64,000 bases of DNA from an uncultured Novosphingobium sp. (GCA_964520765.1 CAZFPW010000001.1:11876-75875), one strand, 5' to 3'; positions 19,260 through 29,657 are shown, numbered from the stretch's first letter. A program made the numbers and translations. The notes: generated by a model not told the origin, from the sequence alone.

Positions 19260-20440
19260 CCATCGTCAAGATCAATCCCCGTGCGGCACGCCCTGCCCCC
19301 ATCGCCAAGCCGCTTATCGACCGCGACTGCGGCCCGGCCGGCTGTGAAATCGACTGGCTTGCGAGCCGACGTCATCCGGTCGATCTCGACATCGAGGCCT
19401 TCACACGCTTCGCCACCGACAAGGGCTGGGGCGATGGGCTACCCGTCATTCCTCCGACGGAAAGCCGGGTTCGGACATTCCTCGCCCACAACAACCGCTA
19501 TCCTGACGAGGTGATCGCCGTCCTGCCCCCTTCGCGCGTGGAAGCAACGGTCGAGAAGATCGTAGTCAATGCGGTGATGGCAGGCGCGCCGGCGGATTCG
19601 CTGGAACTGCTGATCGCCATGGTCACCGCGACGGCGGAGCCCGACTTCGAGCTGTACGGGCTCAATACCACTACCGCGCCGGTATATCCTGCCTTTGTCG
19701 TGAATGGGCCGGTCCGGGACGAATTGAGCATTCCCTACGATCACGGCTGTTTTGGCGGAACGGCGACCCAGGCGGTGGCCATTGGGCGCGCCTATCGGTT
19801 GATCATGCGCAACATCGCCGGTCAGGTTCCCGGCGTCACCTCACAGACGACCTTCGGTTCTCCCGGCCGGATCGCGGGAATTCTCGTCGGCGAATGGGAG
19901 GAGCGTTCGCCCTGGGCGCCGCTTGCCGAGCGCCGCGCCGGCGTGACCGGCAATGCGGTCACATGCTTCGGCACGATGGGCACGGTCAACGTGCTCGACA
20001 CGACCTCACAGCACGCCGAGCATTTCCTGGAGATGATCGGCAAGTCGCTGCCTTACCCCGGCACCAACTGTTACAGTCCGTCGATGCCCTATGGCGAAAC
20101 GATGGTGGCGATCAATCCGATCTGGGCCGAGATCATCGCCGAGGATATGCCGAATATCGAGGACGTCCAGGAAAGCCTCTGGCGCCACGCCAGCGTTCCG
20201 GCCGACTTGCTCCAGGCGCTTCATCTCGAGCAACTCGAGGCCCAGGGCCGCATTCGCAGCGATGGCCGAATCTACATGACGCCCGAGCCGAAGGACATCC
20301 TGCTGTTCGTATGCGGGGGAACCGGAGGCTTGCACGCCACGCTCCTCCATAGCTTCGGCAGTTCCCTTTCGCAGACGCTGCCACTTGCGCAAAACCCTCA
20401 CCATGACGCCGTACCAAATATCGCAGCCAAGCCAGCGTGA
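19256..20440 (+). CDS. Conserved hypothetical partner of the UGSC-like protein
   Basis: ATGA overlap; GWGDGLPVIPPT, EKIVVNAVMAG, EERSPWAPL; N-terminal CGPAGC. Confidence 0.75.
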   Translation: MTIVKINPRAARPAPIAKPLIDRDCGPAGCEIDWLASRRHPVDLDIEAFTRFATDKGWGDGLPVIPPTESRVRTFLAHNNRYPDEVIAVLPPSRVEATVEKIVVNAVMAGAPADSLELLIAMVTATAEPDFELYGLNTTTAPVYPAFVVNGPVRDELSIPYDHGCFGGTATQAVAIGRAYRLIMRNIAGQVPGVTSQTTFGSPGRIAGILVGEWEERSPWAPLAERRAGVTGNAVTCFGTMGTVNVLDTTSQHAEHFLEMIGKSLPYPGTNCYSPSMPYGETMVAINPIWAEIIAEDMPNIEDVQESLWRHASVPADLLQALHLEQLEAQGRIRSDGRIYMTPEPKDILLFVCGGTGGLHATLLHSFGSSLSQTLPLAQNPHHDAVPNIAAKPA

Positions 20441-20476
20441 TTGCCGCAGAATAAGGCTATCCGGAGGTTTCATGCG

Positions 20477-21625
20477 ATGTCGAACGCAGCCCGAGCAAGT
20501 TGCTCAAGCACCGCACCGATGATTTCGACCACGCCCCCGGCGATGCCTACGCCCAGCGGAAAATATGATGCAGTTCGCTCGGGAGAGAGAAGGACAGGTC
20601 AGACCTGTCCGACCATGGCGGATGTTGCCAAGGCTGCCGGCGTATCGGTGATGACGGTATCCCGGGCCGTCAACGGTAAATCGCACGTGCGAGAATCCAC
20701 GCGCGAGCGAATCTTGGATGCGGTCGCCAAGCTTGGCTACGTTCCAAACGCGGAAGCTCGCAGCTTGGCTTGCGCTGGGCGCTGCCGCATTGCCCTGTTG
20801 TACGACAACCCAAGCGCGGCCTTCCTTAGCGAGTTCATTATCGGCGGGCTTACCCAAGCCCAGGACAGCGGCATCCAACTGATCGTAGAACATTGTCCGG
20901 ACGGCCAAACCGTTGCCGAGCTGATCCGTCGCCTCATCGCACACCGGCTCGACGCGGTAATTCTGCTACCACCGCTTGCCAACCGGCAGGACTTGCTCGG
21001 CGGCTTGCAGGATACCCATCTGATGGTCGTACAGGTCGCGACGAGATTTGCGGCCCCTTGCTCTCAGGCCTTGAGCATCGACAATCGAGCCGCAGCGCGG
21101 ACAATGACCGAGCATTTGATCGCGCTTGGACACCGTCATCTGGGAATGATCGCGGGCGATCCCAGGCAAACCGCCAGTACGGAGCGACAGCAAGGTTTTC
21201 TGGATGGGCTTGAAAAGGCTGGATTGACCTGCAATCCGGCGTGGATCGTTCAGGGCGATTTCTCCTATCGGTCCGGATTGACAGCAACGGAAGAATTGCT
21301 CGCGCTTTCGACACGGCCGACGGCAATATTCGCAAGCAACGACGATATGGCAGCGGCGGCTGTCGCCACTGCTCACCATCACGGGTTGAGCGTTCCCGCC
21401 GATCTCTCGATCTGCGGCTTCGACGACACTGCGATAGCTTCCAGTATCTGGCCGAAGCTAACGACCATCAGACAGCCGATTGCCGACATGGCCCGACTGG
21501 CGGTGCGAGGTTTGGGTGCGGCAGTACACGGAGCTTTGGTGGTCCCCAGGACGGGACGGAGTTCGATCCAGTTGCCGTTCGAGTTGGTAAGGCGTTCTTC
21601 AGACGGTCCTCCGCCCGTTCGTTGA
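20477..21625 (+). CDS. LacI family transcriptional regulator
   Basis: TMADVAKAAGVSVMTVSRAVN, PTAIFASND, SICGFDD, LTTIRQP; start uncertain. Confidence 0.92.
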   Translation: MSNAARASCSSTAPMISTTPPAMPTPSGKYDAVRSGERRTGQTCPTMADVAKAAGVSVMTVSRAVNGKSHVRESTRERILDAVAKLGYVPNAEARSLACAGRCRIALLYDNPSAAFLSEFIIGGLTQAQDSGIQLIVEHCPDGQTVAELIRRLIAHRLDAVILLPPLANRQDLLGGLQDTHLMVVQVATRFAAPCSQALSIDNRAAARTMTEHLIALGHRHLGMIAGDPRQTASTERQQGFLDGLEKAGLTCNPAWIVQGDFSYRSGLTATEELLALSTRPTAIFASNDDMAAAAVATAHHHGLSVPADLSICGFDDTAIASSIWPKLTTIRQPIADMARLAVRGLGAAVHGALVVPRTGRSSIQLPFELVRRSSDGPPPVR

Positions 21626-21710
21626 ACGTACTGTAATCGCGATATCCCAGACCCCAAGATGCTTTTGCATCTCGCCAGCTCGTTGGCATGCTGGCTGAGC
21701 CGACGCCTGG

Positions 21711-21812
21711 CTGCTCGACGGAAGCTTGCGCGCCGCGACCGATCGCGAGGACTTCGCCGCGCAGCGGATGCGATCGGAAACCGGCATCAACGCATACGCA
21801 GCCAATGAAGAT
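21711..21812 (+). pseudogene. actP: Remnant of the 3' end of an actP gene
   Basis: LLDGSLRAATDREDFAAQRMRSETGINAYAANED versus [34 protein letters not shown] at 60562-60663 (26/34 identical by hand count). Confidence 0.85.
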
Positions 21813-21848
21813 TGGGCTCTGGGCGAAGGCGGAAACGAGGTTGTAGGC

Positions 21849-24800
21849 TCAGCGCGCGCTCATCAACCGAACGGGTCCGATCAAGCCTGACGGTCGCAGC
21901 GGCGCATCAGGCTTGTAGGTCGGTAGCGCCGTCCAAGTGACCTTGCTGGCGCCGGGCTGAGCATCACCGATCAGGCGATTGACCCAAAGATTGACGACAC
22001 GGACTTCCAATCGGTTGCGGCCGGGCCGGGTCGCACTTGCGATATCGAGGCGGAACGGGGCGTGCCACGCGGCTCCGACATTCACCCCGTTGACCGATAC
22101 CTCCGCCAATTCGCCCACGTCGCCAAGATCGAGCCATAGCGGCTGTCCCGCACGCCACCCTTGGGGAGACATGAATTCCTTGGTGTAGGTGGCGATGCCG
22201 GAGAAATACTTGATCCCCGGCACCGCGTTCTGATCGAGCGGCGCGAGCGTCGGCAGCATGACCGAAGGCGGAGCCCCTCGCCCCTCCTGGAAGGCGACCT
22301 TCCAGGCCCCATCGAGCGTGGCGACAGATGTGGGCACGACTTTCGGGATCGTCAGGGCATCAGCCATCGCGGGCTTGCGGAAGACGACGTGGACCGACTC
22401 TTCTGCACCCAATGCCAAGGGCACGATGGTTTCGCCGTTTTCGATGCGATAGCTTACAGCCTCCGACTTTCCGATGTCCGCATGCCACAGTTCCGGAGCC
22501 TTGCCGGTCACGCGGAAATGCGCCTCAATCGTCTCCGGCCTATCCTTGCGGTTGACCAGGAAGTAGCTGTCGCCGTCCGCGAGTTGGCGGTGAACGAACG
22601 GAATCTCGCTATCCGGCCGCGCCCCGGTAAAGCGAAAATCAGGCGCCACGCCGATTGCCCGGAGCGCCGCCTCGACATCCTGCCCGGCGATGACCCGGCC
22701 CGCCCCGACCTGCGTCTGCGCTCCGCCTGGCCAGAGCCGCTTGACGAGCTGCGCATACTCGGCCGGATCGTCTGCCAGGCTGGGATTGCCTTGCGGCGCC
22801 ATCCCGACGATCGTCGCCCCGCCTTCTGCCAGCGCGGCGATGCGCTTAAGCGTCGCCAGCGTCATCCGGTGGGTCGAGCCGCCCAGGTACAGCACCTTGT
22901 ACCGCGCCCCGCTCGGGGCGGCCAGATCGGCACCATCGTTCCCGAGCAAGGTCATCAGCGCGTCGGCGTTGACGAAATCGTAGGCGTAGCGCGTCGGCGC
23001 GTCGGCCACGGGCTTGTCGCCATAGAGGCCGGTCAGCGGCGCTTCCTCGCCGTAGAAATAGCCGACGTCCGCGACGTTGCGGCCCTGCTGGAGCAGCAGA
23101 GCGTTACGCGCCATGTAATCCACCCACGGTCGCGCCATTTCGGCCCAGCTCTCATGGCGATTGAAATACTGGCCGAAGAACAGCAGCGCGAGCCCGGGAA
23201 GCTTCGTATCGAGCGGTTGATGGACCGAAGTATGGATCACCGGCAGGTTGATCCCCGAGACGAACTCCAGGTCGATCATCCGCCGCAAGTGCGACGGCGC
23301 ATAGGCGTAAGGCGCGCGCGAGGATGTCAGCGATTCCGCGGCGGCAATGTTCTGGCCGTAGAGGTGCGCGACCGAGGACGCCCCCTTCATGTCGGCGAGG
23401 TAGGTGATCTTGGGTCCCTTCGCCCGGCTGTGGGTCCACAGCGCGGCCATCGGCACGTCGGCATGCGCGCGCATCGCCATGTCGTCACCGAGCGACGGGC
23501 GGTGATCCTCGAGGGCTTCGCCATAGACGCGAAGGCCGTTCTCGCGAGCGATCTTGGCGATAGTGCCGTAGTGCTCGGAGGCCATGAGATCGGCGAGCGT
23601 TCGGCGATAGTCGTAGAGGAAGCGGTCGCTCGCCTCCCGCGACTTGACGATCACGCCGGTCAGCGCGGGCATCCACGGCGTGGGATCATAGCCGCGCAGG
23701 CGCTTGAACTGCTCGACCATCCGAGGCGTCCAGTTCGCGGCCCCGACCTCGATGCTGTCGGTCAGCAGCGCGCGGACGCCGCCCTCGCCCAAGGTTCCAG
23801 CGGCGTCACGGTACATGCCGAGATAATGATCGAGGTAACGACGCACCGCCGCGCCATCGAACTTGTCGACCTCGAGCCCGGTCGCCTCCTTGGGCGCAGG
23901 ATGATTGGTCGTGCCGAGCAGCGAAGAGCCGAGCCTGATGATCTTCCAGCTACCCCTGGGCGGCGTCCAGTCAAGGCTGCCGTCGGCGCGCATTCGCGCT
24001 GTGAGATCGATCACGTCCTTGGGATCGACACCCGCCAAGGCATCGGCCTGATTGCCGAGCGCGTAGTAGTCGAGGGTCAGCGCGAAGCCCGCCTTGGTCT
24101 GGAAATGATCGACCATCGGCTCCGCGCCGAGCTGGAGCTCGGCAATCTTCCAGCCCTTGTCCACGGAGGCAGTGAGAGCGGCCATGAAGTCGGGAATGGC
24201 GACGCCTTCGGGCTCATCCGATGAAACCAGTTGCTGCGGCTGCGGAGCGAGCGCCAGCACGAGGCGGAACTGACGCGCCGTGACCGGCGCGAAGCTGATC
24301 GTCGTCGGCACCGGCGCGGCGGCGACCTCGGCGACCTTGCGCCAGGTCACGCCATCCTCGCTGGCCTCCAGCGAGGGCGCCAGGATTCGATTGAACATCG
24401 ATGCCGCGCCAGGAATGAACACCGTCGCGGAGCGCACGGTCTGCGGGCTGTCGTAGCGGACTATGACAGCGCCCTGCTCGCCCCCCTCCCCGCGCGGGAC
24501 CTGCACGCCCGTCTCGAGATTGCCGTCCACCAGGCTCGCAGCATCTAGCACGGCACCGTCTCCATCGCTGAACGATGGAGACGCCAGCTTGCCGCCCGTT
24601 GCAGGCACGGCAAGCACGGCGATGTCGCGATAGAACTGCGGTTTTGGCGGGACATCCTCATCGGACAGCGCCACCAACGGGTCGTTGGCCGGCATAGCCT
24701 GGAAAGGCCCCGTCACGGCGGGAGGCGCGGCAAGCTTGCCGGCGAAGCGCTTGCCGCCGGGGATCAACGTCTCGCTCCAGACCAGCTTCTTGAGGCCGTC

Positions 24801-25238
24801 TTCCGGCGGCACCCACGGCCCACCCGTCTCCGACCAGCCGGGAGAAGCGGCGATCGCGAGTTCGAGGCCGAGCCGGTCCGCCTCGCTTGCCGCGAAGCGG
24901 AAGGCGTCCTTCCATTCGGGCGTCATGTAGGCGAGCCGCTTGTCGACAATCTGCGGCGTCATCAGGTCGACGTCGAAGTTGTGCAGCCCCCCGATTCCGA
25001 CCCGCTTCATCCACGCAAGGTCCTTGGCGATGCCGTCCTTGGTGATATTGCCGTTCATCCAGTGCCACCACACGCGGGGCCGTGCGCTTGCCGGGGGATC
25101 GCGGAACTGCTCCTCGAGCGAAGGTTGCTGCGCTGCTTGCGCGGCCGGCGGGTTTTCAGCGCGCAGGGGGACAGTCGACAACGCGGTCGCTGCGACAAAG
25201 GCGAGGCGCAGCATCGCATAGCGGTGGGTCTTCGGCAT
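21849..25238 (-). CDS. Glycoside hydrolase family 106 (alpha-L-rhamnosidase-like)
   Basis: RPRVWWHWMNGN, GWSETGGPW, DSIEVG, AAESLT, NLWVNRLIGD, SGLIGPV; signal peptide. Confidence 0.88.
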   Translation of the reverse strand: MPKTHRYAMLRLAFVAATALSTVPLRAENPPAAQAAQQPSLEEQFRDPPASARPRVWWHWMNGNITKDGIAKDLAWMKRVGIGGLHNFDVDLMTPQIVDKRLAYMTPEWKDAFRFAASEADRLGLELAIAASPGWSETGGPWVPPEDGLKKLVWSETLIPGGKRFAGKLAAPPAVTGPFQAMPANDPLVALSDEDVPPKPQFYRDIAVLAVPATGGKLASPSFSDGDGAVLDAASLVDGNLETGVQVPRGEGGEQGAVIVRYDSPQTVRSATVFIPGAASMFNRILAPSLEASEDGVTWRKVAEVAAAPVPTTISFAPVTARQFRLVLALAPQPQQLVSSDEPEGVAIPDFMAALTASVDKGWKIAELQLGAEPMVDHFQTKAGFALTLDYYALGNQADALAGVDPKDVIDLTARMRADGSLDWTPPRGSWKIIRLGSSLLGTTNHPAPKEATGLEVDKFDGAAVRRYLDHYLGMYRDAAGTLGEGGVRALLTDSIEVGAANWTPRMVEQFKRLRGYDPTPWMPALTGVIVKSREASDRFLYDYRRTLADLMASEHYGTIAKIARENGLRVYGEALEDHRPSLGDDMAMRAHADVPMAALWTHSRAKGPKITYLADMKGASSVAHLYGQNIAAAESLTSSRAPYAYAPSHLRRMIDLEFVSGINLPVIHTSVHQPLDTKLPGLALLFFGQYFNRHESWAEMARPWVDYMARNALLLQQGRNVADVGYFYGEEAPLTGLYGDKPVADAPTRYAYDFVNADALMTLLGNDGADLAAPSGARYKVLYLGGSTHRMTLATLKRIAALAEGGATIVGMAPQGNPSLADDPAEYAQLVKRLWPGGAQTQVGAGRVIAGQDVEAALRAIGVAPDFRFTGARPDSEIPFVHRQLADGDSYFLVNRKDRPETIEAHFRVTGKAPELWHADIGKSEAVSYRIENGETIVPLALGAEESVHVVFRKPAMADALTIPKVVPTSVATLDGAWKVAFQEGRGAPPSVMLPTLAPLDQNAVPGIKYFSGIATYTKEFMSPQGWRAGQPLWLDLGDVGELAEVSVNGVNVGAAWHAPFRLDIASATRPGRNRLEVRVVNLWVNRLIGDAQPGASKVTWTALPTYKPDAPLRPSGLIGPVRLMSAR

Positions 25239-25263
25239 TCTCAATCCTTCGATTCCATCGCGC

Positions 25264-26343
25264 TCAGACAGCCGGCAAGCCAAAGCCGCGCCTGAGCGCA
25301 TTCATCTTGGTGGTTTGAAACCAAGTGCCGAGCGGCACCTTCAGCATCGCCGCGATCCCGTCGAAGCCGTGGAAGGCGCCCGGCACGACGATCAGCTCGG
25401 TCAACACGCCGGCCGCGCTCAAGCGCTGGGCGTATTCGATGTCCTCGTCGCAGAAGAGATCGAGCGTGCCGACACCGATGAAGGCGGGGGGTAGGCCAGA
25501 GAGGTCGGCGACCCGCGCGGGAACGGCGTTCTTCGGAGCGGTGATGCCGCCCGGCTTCCGGCCGAGGAAGGATTCCCAGCCGAACCGGTTGCTCTGCGAA
25601 GTCCAGATCAGCGTACCGACGTGCCGGGGCGGCATTCGGCTCGACCCGGTGCGGTCATCGAGCATAGGATAGATCAGGCACTGGAAGACGAGCGGCACCT
25701 CGCCGCGATCACGCGCAGCAATCGCCAGCAGGGCCGCATGGCCGCCGCCCGCGCTTTCGCCCATTACCGCGATCCGGCTCGGGTCCGCGCCAAGCTCTGC
25801 GGCATTGGCGTGAAGCCACTTCAGGCCGGTATAGTTGTCCTCGATCGAACCCGCATAGGTCGTTTCGGGAGCAAGGCGATAGTCGACCGAAACCGCAACG
25901 CAATCGAGCTCTCGGCAGATCGTCTGCAGATCCCGCAAGCTGTCTTCGGCCTTGCCGGCGACGTAGCCGCCGCTATGGGTGTGCAAGATCGCCGGACGGC
26001 TTTCTCCCGGTTTGGCGTTGACGATCACAACGGACACGTCCGGCTGCCCCTTGGCGCCCGGTATCGTCCGCTTCACCCAGGCCACGTCCGCCAGAGGCGT
26101 CTGCTTGAAGGGGCTCGGTCCCTCCATGCCCTTGCGGGCGGCGGCCAAGGTGGCTTGCGTGATGCCCGATTGGGCACCGCTCATGGCCTGGATCTGGGGA
26201 ACGATCGTACGCAGTTCGGGGTGAACGAGCCGCAGCGGCACCGTGTAGGGCTCGTCCGCCGCCATCAGTACCTTCGGATGCAGAAGGCCGGCCGCCGCTG
26301 CCAGCGCAGCGCTGCCCGCCATGAATTCTCGTCGACTGGTCAT
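25264..26343 (-). CDS. HSL-family alpha/beta hydrolase with Tat signal
   Basis: SRREF, HSGG, GESAGG, GAFHGF; paralog of 819-1862. Confidence 0.92.
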   Translation of the reverse strand: MTSRREFMAGSAALAAAAGLLHPKVLMAADEPYTVPLRLVHPELRTIVPQIQAMSGAQSGITQATLAAARKGMEGPSPFKQTPLADVAWVKRTIPGAKGQPDVSVVIVNAKPGESRPAILHTHSGGYVAGKAEDSLRDLQTICRELDCVAVSVDYRLAPETTYAGSIEDNYTGLKWLHANAAELGADPSRIAVMGESAGGGHAALLAIAARDRGEVPLVFQCLIYPMLDDRTGSSRMPPRHVGTLIWTSQSNRFGWESFLGRKPGGITAPKNAVPARVADLSGLPPAFIGVGTLDLFCDEDIEYAQRLSAAGVLTELIVVPGAFHGFDGIAAMLKVPLGTWFQTTKMNALRRGFGLPAV

Positions 26344-26374
26344 TTTCCGCCTGCCCTCCACAATCGGCCCGGCA

Positions 26375-27829
26375 TCAACGTCGGTCGCGCCTGCCGATCC
26401 GCGGCAGTCCGACCGCTGCCCTCACCTCGGGCGACAGCTCCAACACCCAGAGCCCGCTTGCTGAACAGGCCAGCCATATCTGGCCCGTGCGGGGCACGTA
26501 GCGGACATGCCCGCCGCAACCGTCGCCGGGCTTGAAATAGGCGACTTCCGAAGCCTTCGCAGGATCGCGGATGTCGAAGATGCGCAAGCCAGCCCAGAGG
26601 AAGTTGATCAGCCCCAAGCGCGTATCGACGGCGCTGTCGACATCGTTGAAGTGGATCGTCGCGGTGCCGGCATCGGGCGAAATGCCTCCGCTGGCCTTCT
26701 CCGTGGCGCTCCACTCGGGGCAGTTCTCCTTGCGGTTCATCGCCAGGCGCATCTCGCCGACGATGGCCGGGCGCGTCTCGTCGGCGATGTTGACGATCTT
26801 GGGCCAGCTGCCGGGGCAGGCCAGCAGCTCCCCGCCGCCGACCAGATGCGGCACGCCGTTGATGCGCGCCTGCATCACCGAATGCCAGCCGCCATGCTGC
26901 GCAGTGCCGATCAGGCGCAGCTTGGGATCGGAGCGGCCGAGCGCGAGATCGCTATTGTCGAAGATGTAGATTCCTCCGGCGTCGGGACCCAGCCCCTCGC
27001 GATTGGGCGGGAATATCTTCACGCCCTGGTTGAGATCGCCGCCGGTGGACGAGATCACACCCGCGTAGATCCGCTTCTCGTCGGGGCTGATCGAGATTTC
27101 ATGCGGGGCGAATTCGTAGCTTGAGCCGTCAGGCCGCGTCGCCGCGAATTTTCCGATGAAGCGCGGCTTGGCGAGGTCGGAAATGTCCATGACATCGATC
27201 CCGCCCTTGCCGGTGAAAGGCTCGATCCGCGTCGCATAGAGGCGCTTGCCGTTGGGCGACAGGGTGAGCGTATGCACGCTCTCCGGCCACTTGATTTCGG
27301 CCATGTGGCGAGGATGGGCGCAGTCCGAGACGTCATAGACATCGGTATAGGCCTCATCGTCCTTCGCCCCGTAGGAACCGGCGACCAGCACCTTGCGACC
27401 CGACGCGGTAACGGCGTGGAGCGTTTCGGAGGCGTAGAGCGAGCCGCGCCCTCGCAGCAAGCCGACCTGCCGCGGCTGAGCGGGATTGCTGACGTCCACG
27501 ACCGCGACGCCGAAGGTCTCCGGCGCCGCCTTGTCGCCCCAGCTCAGGAACTTCGGGGAGGTGCTGGAAACATAGGCGCAGTGATCCACCCAGGCGAGCT
27601 GGAGGTTCGAATCGCGGCCTCCGAGCGGCTCGTGCCCGACGACTCGCACACCCTTCGAATAGGGGCTCGCGAGCACGCTGCCGGGGTTGTCTGCGGGCAG
27701 CGACTGACCTTGCAGCCCCGGTTCCAGTCGGTCCGCCGTCGCGCCAGCCTGGCCGGGATGCGTCCCGGCCAGCGCGGCAAGCAGAGCGATCCCAAGCGAG
27801 CGCCACGTCCGGTTCAAATGAAAGGCCAT
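26375..27829 (-). CDS. LVIVD-repeat-like beta-propeller protein (copy 2)
   Basis: Close paralog of 4293-5723 (PYSKGVRVVGHEP, RDSNLQLAW, AYFKPGDGCGGHVRY); start approximate. Confidence 0.8.
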   Translation of the reverse strand: MAFHLNRTWRSLGIALLAALAGTHPGQAGATADRLEPGLQGQSLPADNPGSVLASPYSKGVRVVGHEPLGGRDSNLQLAWVDHCAYVSSTSPKFLSWGDKAAPETFGVAVVDVSNPAQPRQVGLLRGRGSLYASETLHAVTASGRKVLVAGSYGAKDDEAYTDVYDVSDCAHPRHMAEIKWPESVHTLTLSPNGKRLYATRIEPFTGKGGIDVMDISDLAKPRFIGKFAATRPDGSSYEFAPHEISISPDEKRIYAGVISSTGGDLNQGVKIFPPNREGLGPDAGGIYIFDNSDLALGRSDPKLRLIGTAQHGGWHSVMQARINGVPHLVGGGELLACPGSWPKIVNIADETRPAIVGEMRLAMNRKENCPEWSATEKASGGISPDAGTATIHFNDVDSAVDTRLGLINFLWAGLRIFDIRDPAKASEVAYFKPGDGCGGHVRYVPRTGQIWLACSASGLWVLELSPEVRAAVGLPRIGRRDRR

Positions 27830-27890
27830 ATTTTCCCTCATTGCATTGCGATTGTCGGCGCGTCGCTCGGGACTGCCGATGCCGTCATGT

Positions 27891-29549
27891 TCAAGCCAGG
27901 CCTCGCGCCACGGGGTCCCGCGCCACCGGATCGGGGTCGGCGACCACCCTGGAGGGCGCATCGAAGATCATGTTGAGCCGCCGGACGGCATCGTAGCGCG
28001 GCCAGGCCAAGCCAGGCTGCGACGGGTCGCCGGTGCGCGCGAAGTTCAGCCATGCTGTCATGAGCTGGTCCGACAGCGTATCCACCTCCAGGCCCGACCC
28101 GACGAACTCGCGGGGAACCTTCGTGCCGAACACCAACGGCACCTCAGTGCCGTGAGGGCTGCGCAGCAATCGATCGACCACGCGCGGCTCCCAATCCACG
28201 CGATAGACATAGATCGGGGCGGCGTTCTGGGCGGACTTGCGGTCGGCCTGGACGATGGACTCGCTCCGGAACATCCGGTCGGTCATCATCGAGGAGACCC
28301 AATAGCTCGGATCGTCCCGAGGATAGGCCGCCTTGTAGGCCGCGAGGGCCGCAGCACCCTTGCCGCCCATCGCCTCCTCGAAGCGCGCCCTGGCCGTCTC
28401 CTCGCTCATCCTGCCGAGTTCGGGATCGCCGGCCATGAACAGCGTCGCCTCGTCCTTGGCCGCGCCGATCATCAACGGCACGTCCCGGCTGAGCTCGGTC
28501 GCCACGGGATCGAACGGATGCGCCGGGATCGAGCGGCCATCGACCAGCGGGGCGAGGCCGCGCATGATCACGCCGGCTTGGTCCATGGGCGGCTTGGCCG
28601 CCGACGCCGCGCGAATGACCGCCTTGTAGTCGATGGCCTGGAGCTTGTGGACGTCCGCCTTGGCAATGCCGAGCGCGGACAGGGTCTGCTCGGCGATGCT
28701 CTCGGCCGCCTCCTTCGTGGTCAGGCGAACGACCGGCCCGCTCATCTCGATCGCCTTGTGGAACAGCCCCTTGGCCGGGACCATGCCGAGCAGCGTTCCT
28801 ACTTTCGCCCCGCCGCCGCTCTGCCCGAAGATCGTGACATCGTGCGGATCGCCGCCGAAAGCCTCGATATTGTCGCGCACCCATTGGAGCGCCAGCACGA
28901 TGTCGAGCATGCCGGCGTTGCCGGAATCCGCGAAGTCCCCGTGCAGCCCGCCCAGATAGAGGAAGCCCATCGCGTTGAGCCGGTGGTTGAGCGACACGAA
29001 CACCACGTCGCCGCGCTGGGCGAGCAGGCTGCCGTCGGTCATCGCATCGAAGCCCGAACCCATGGCGAAGCCGCCGCCGTGGAGCCAAACCATGACCGGC
29101 CGCTTGCGACGGCGCGAGGCGTCCGGTGTGATGACGTTGAGGACCAGGCAATCCTCGCTCTCGGGGATCTTGGCGTCGGTCAGGTTGGCGACGGCCATCA
29201 TGACCGGCAGGCCGCGAGCCCCGGCGCGGGGCATGCTCATGACGCCGGGGATGGTGATGATCCCCTGCGGCGTCTTCGCGCCCAGCGCATTGCAATCGCG
29301 CACCCCGCTCCACGGCCTGGGCGCGACCGGCGGCTGGAAGCGGCGCAACGTCGTGTCCTGCCCATAGGGAATGCCGAAGAAGCGCGACAGACCGCCGCGC
29401 CGCAGACCGCGCACCTTACCGGAGGTCGTATCGACCGGCTCGGTGGGCTGTGCTCCTTCCTCGGCCATGAGCCGTTCCGGCAGGGCAAGGCCCACCGCCC
29501 CCGCCAGGGTAGTGCCGAGCAGCGTCCGGCGCGTGAAACCCGTCGTCAT
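27891..29549 (-). CDS. Type-B carboxylesterase with Tat signal
   Basis: TRRTLL, SEDCLVLNV, HGGGF, GQSGGG, HGTEV. Confidence 0.93.
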   Translation of the reverse strand: MTTGFTRRTLLGTTLAGAVGLALPERLMAEEGAQPTEPVDTTSGKVRGLRRGGLSRFFGIPYGQDTTLRRFQPPVAPRPWSGVRDCNALGAKTPQGIITIPGVMSMPRAGARGLPVMMAVANLTDAKIPESEDCLVLNVITPDASRRRKRPVMVWLHGGGFAMGSGFDAMTDGSLLAQRGDVVFVSLNHRLNAMGFLYLGGLHGDFADSGNAGMLDIVLALQWVRDNIEAFGGDPHDVTIFGQSGGGAKVGTLLGMVPAKGLFHKAIEMSGPVVRLTTKEAAESIAEQTLSALGIAKADVHKLQAIDYKAVIRAASAAKPPMDQAGVIMRGLAPLVDGRSIPAHPFDPVATELSRDVPLMIGAAKDEATLFMAGDPELGRMSEETARARFEEAMGGKGAAALAAYKAAYPRDDPSYWVSSMMTDRMFRSESIVQADRKSAQNAAPIYVYRVDWEPRVVDRLLRSPHGTEVPLVFGTKVPREFVGSGLEVDTLSDQLMTAWLNFARTGDPSQPGLAWPRYDAVRRLNMIFDAPSRVVADPDPVARDPVARGLA

Positions 29550-29643
29550 TTCACATCCTCCCCGAAGTCCGATGATCATGCCGATCGAAACCGGGCCATC
29601 GTTTGCTTCTCGCTGAGGTGACACAGTATCCGAGCGCCTTCAC

Positions 29644-29657
29644 TCCCCATTTGGGAG
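29644..29657. promoter_or_regulatory. 14-bp palindromic box TCCCCATTTGGGAG
   Basis: One of 9 intergenic copies; upstream of the carboxylesterase. Confidence 0.75.
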
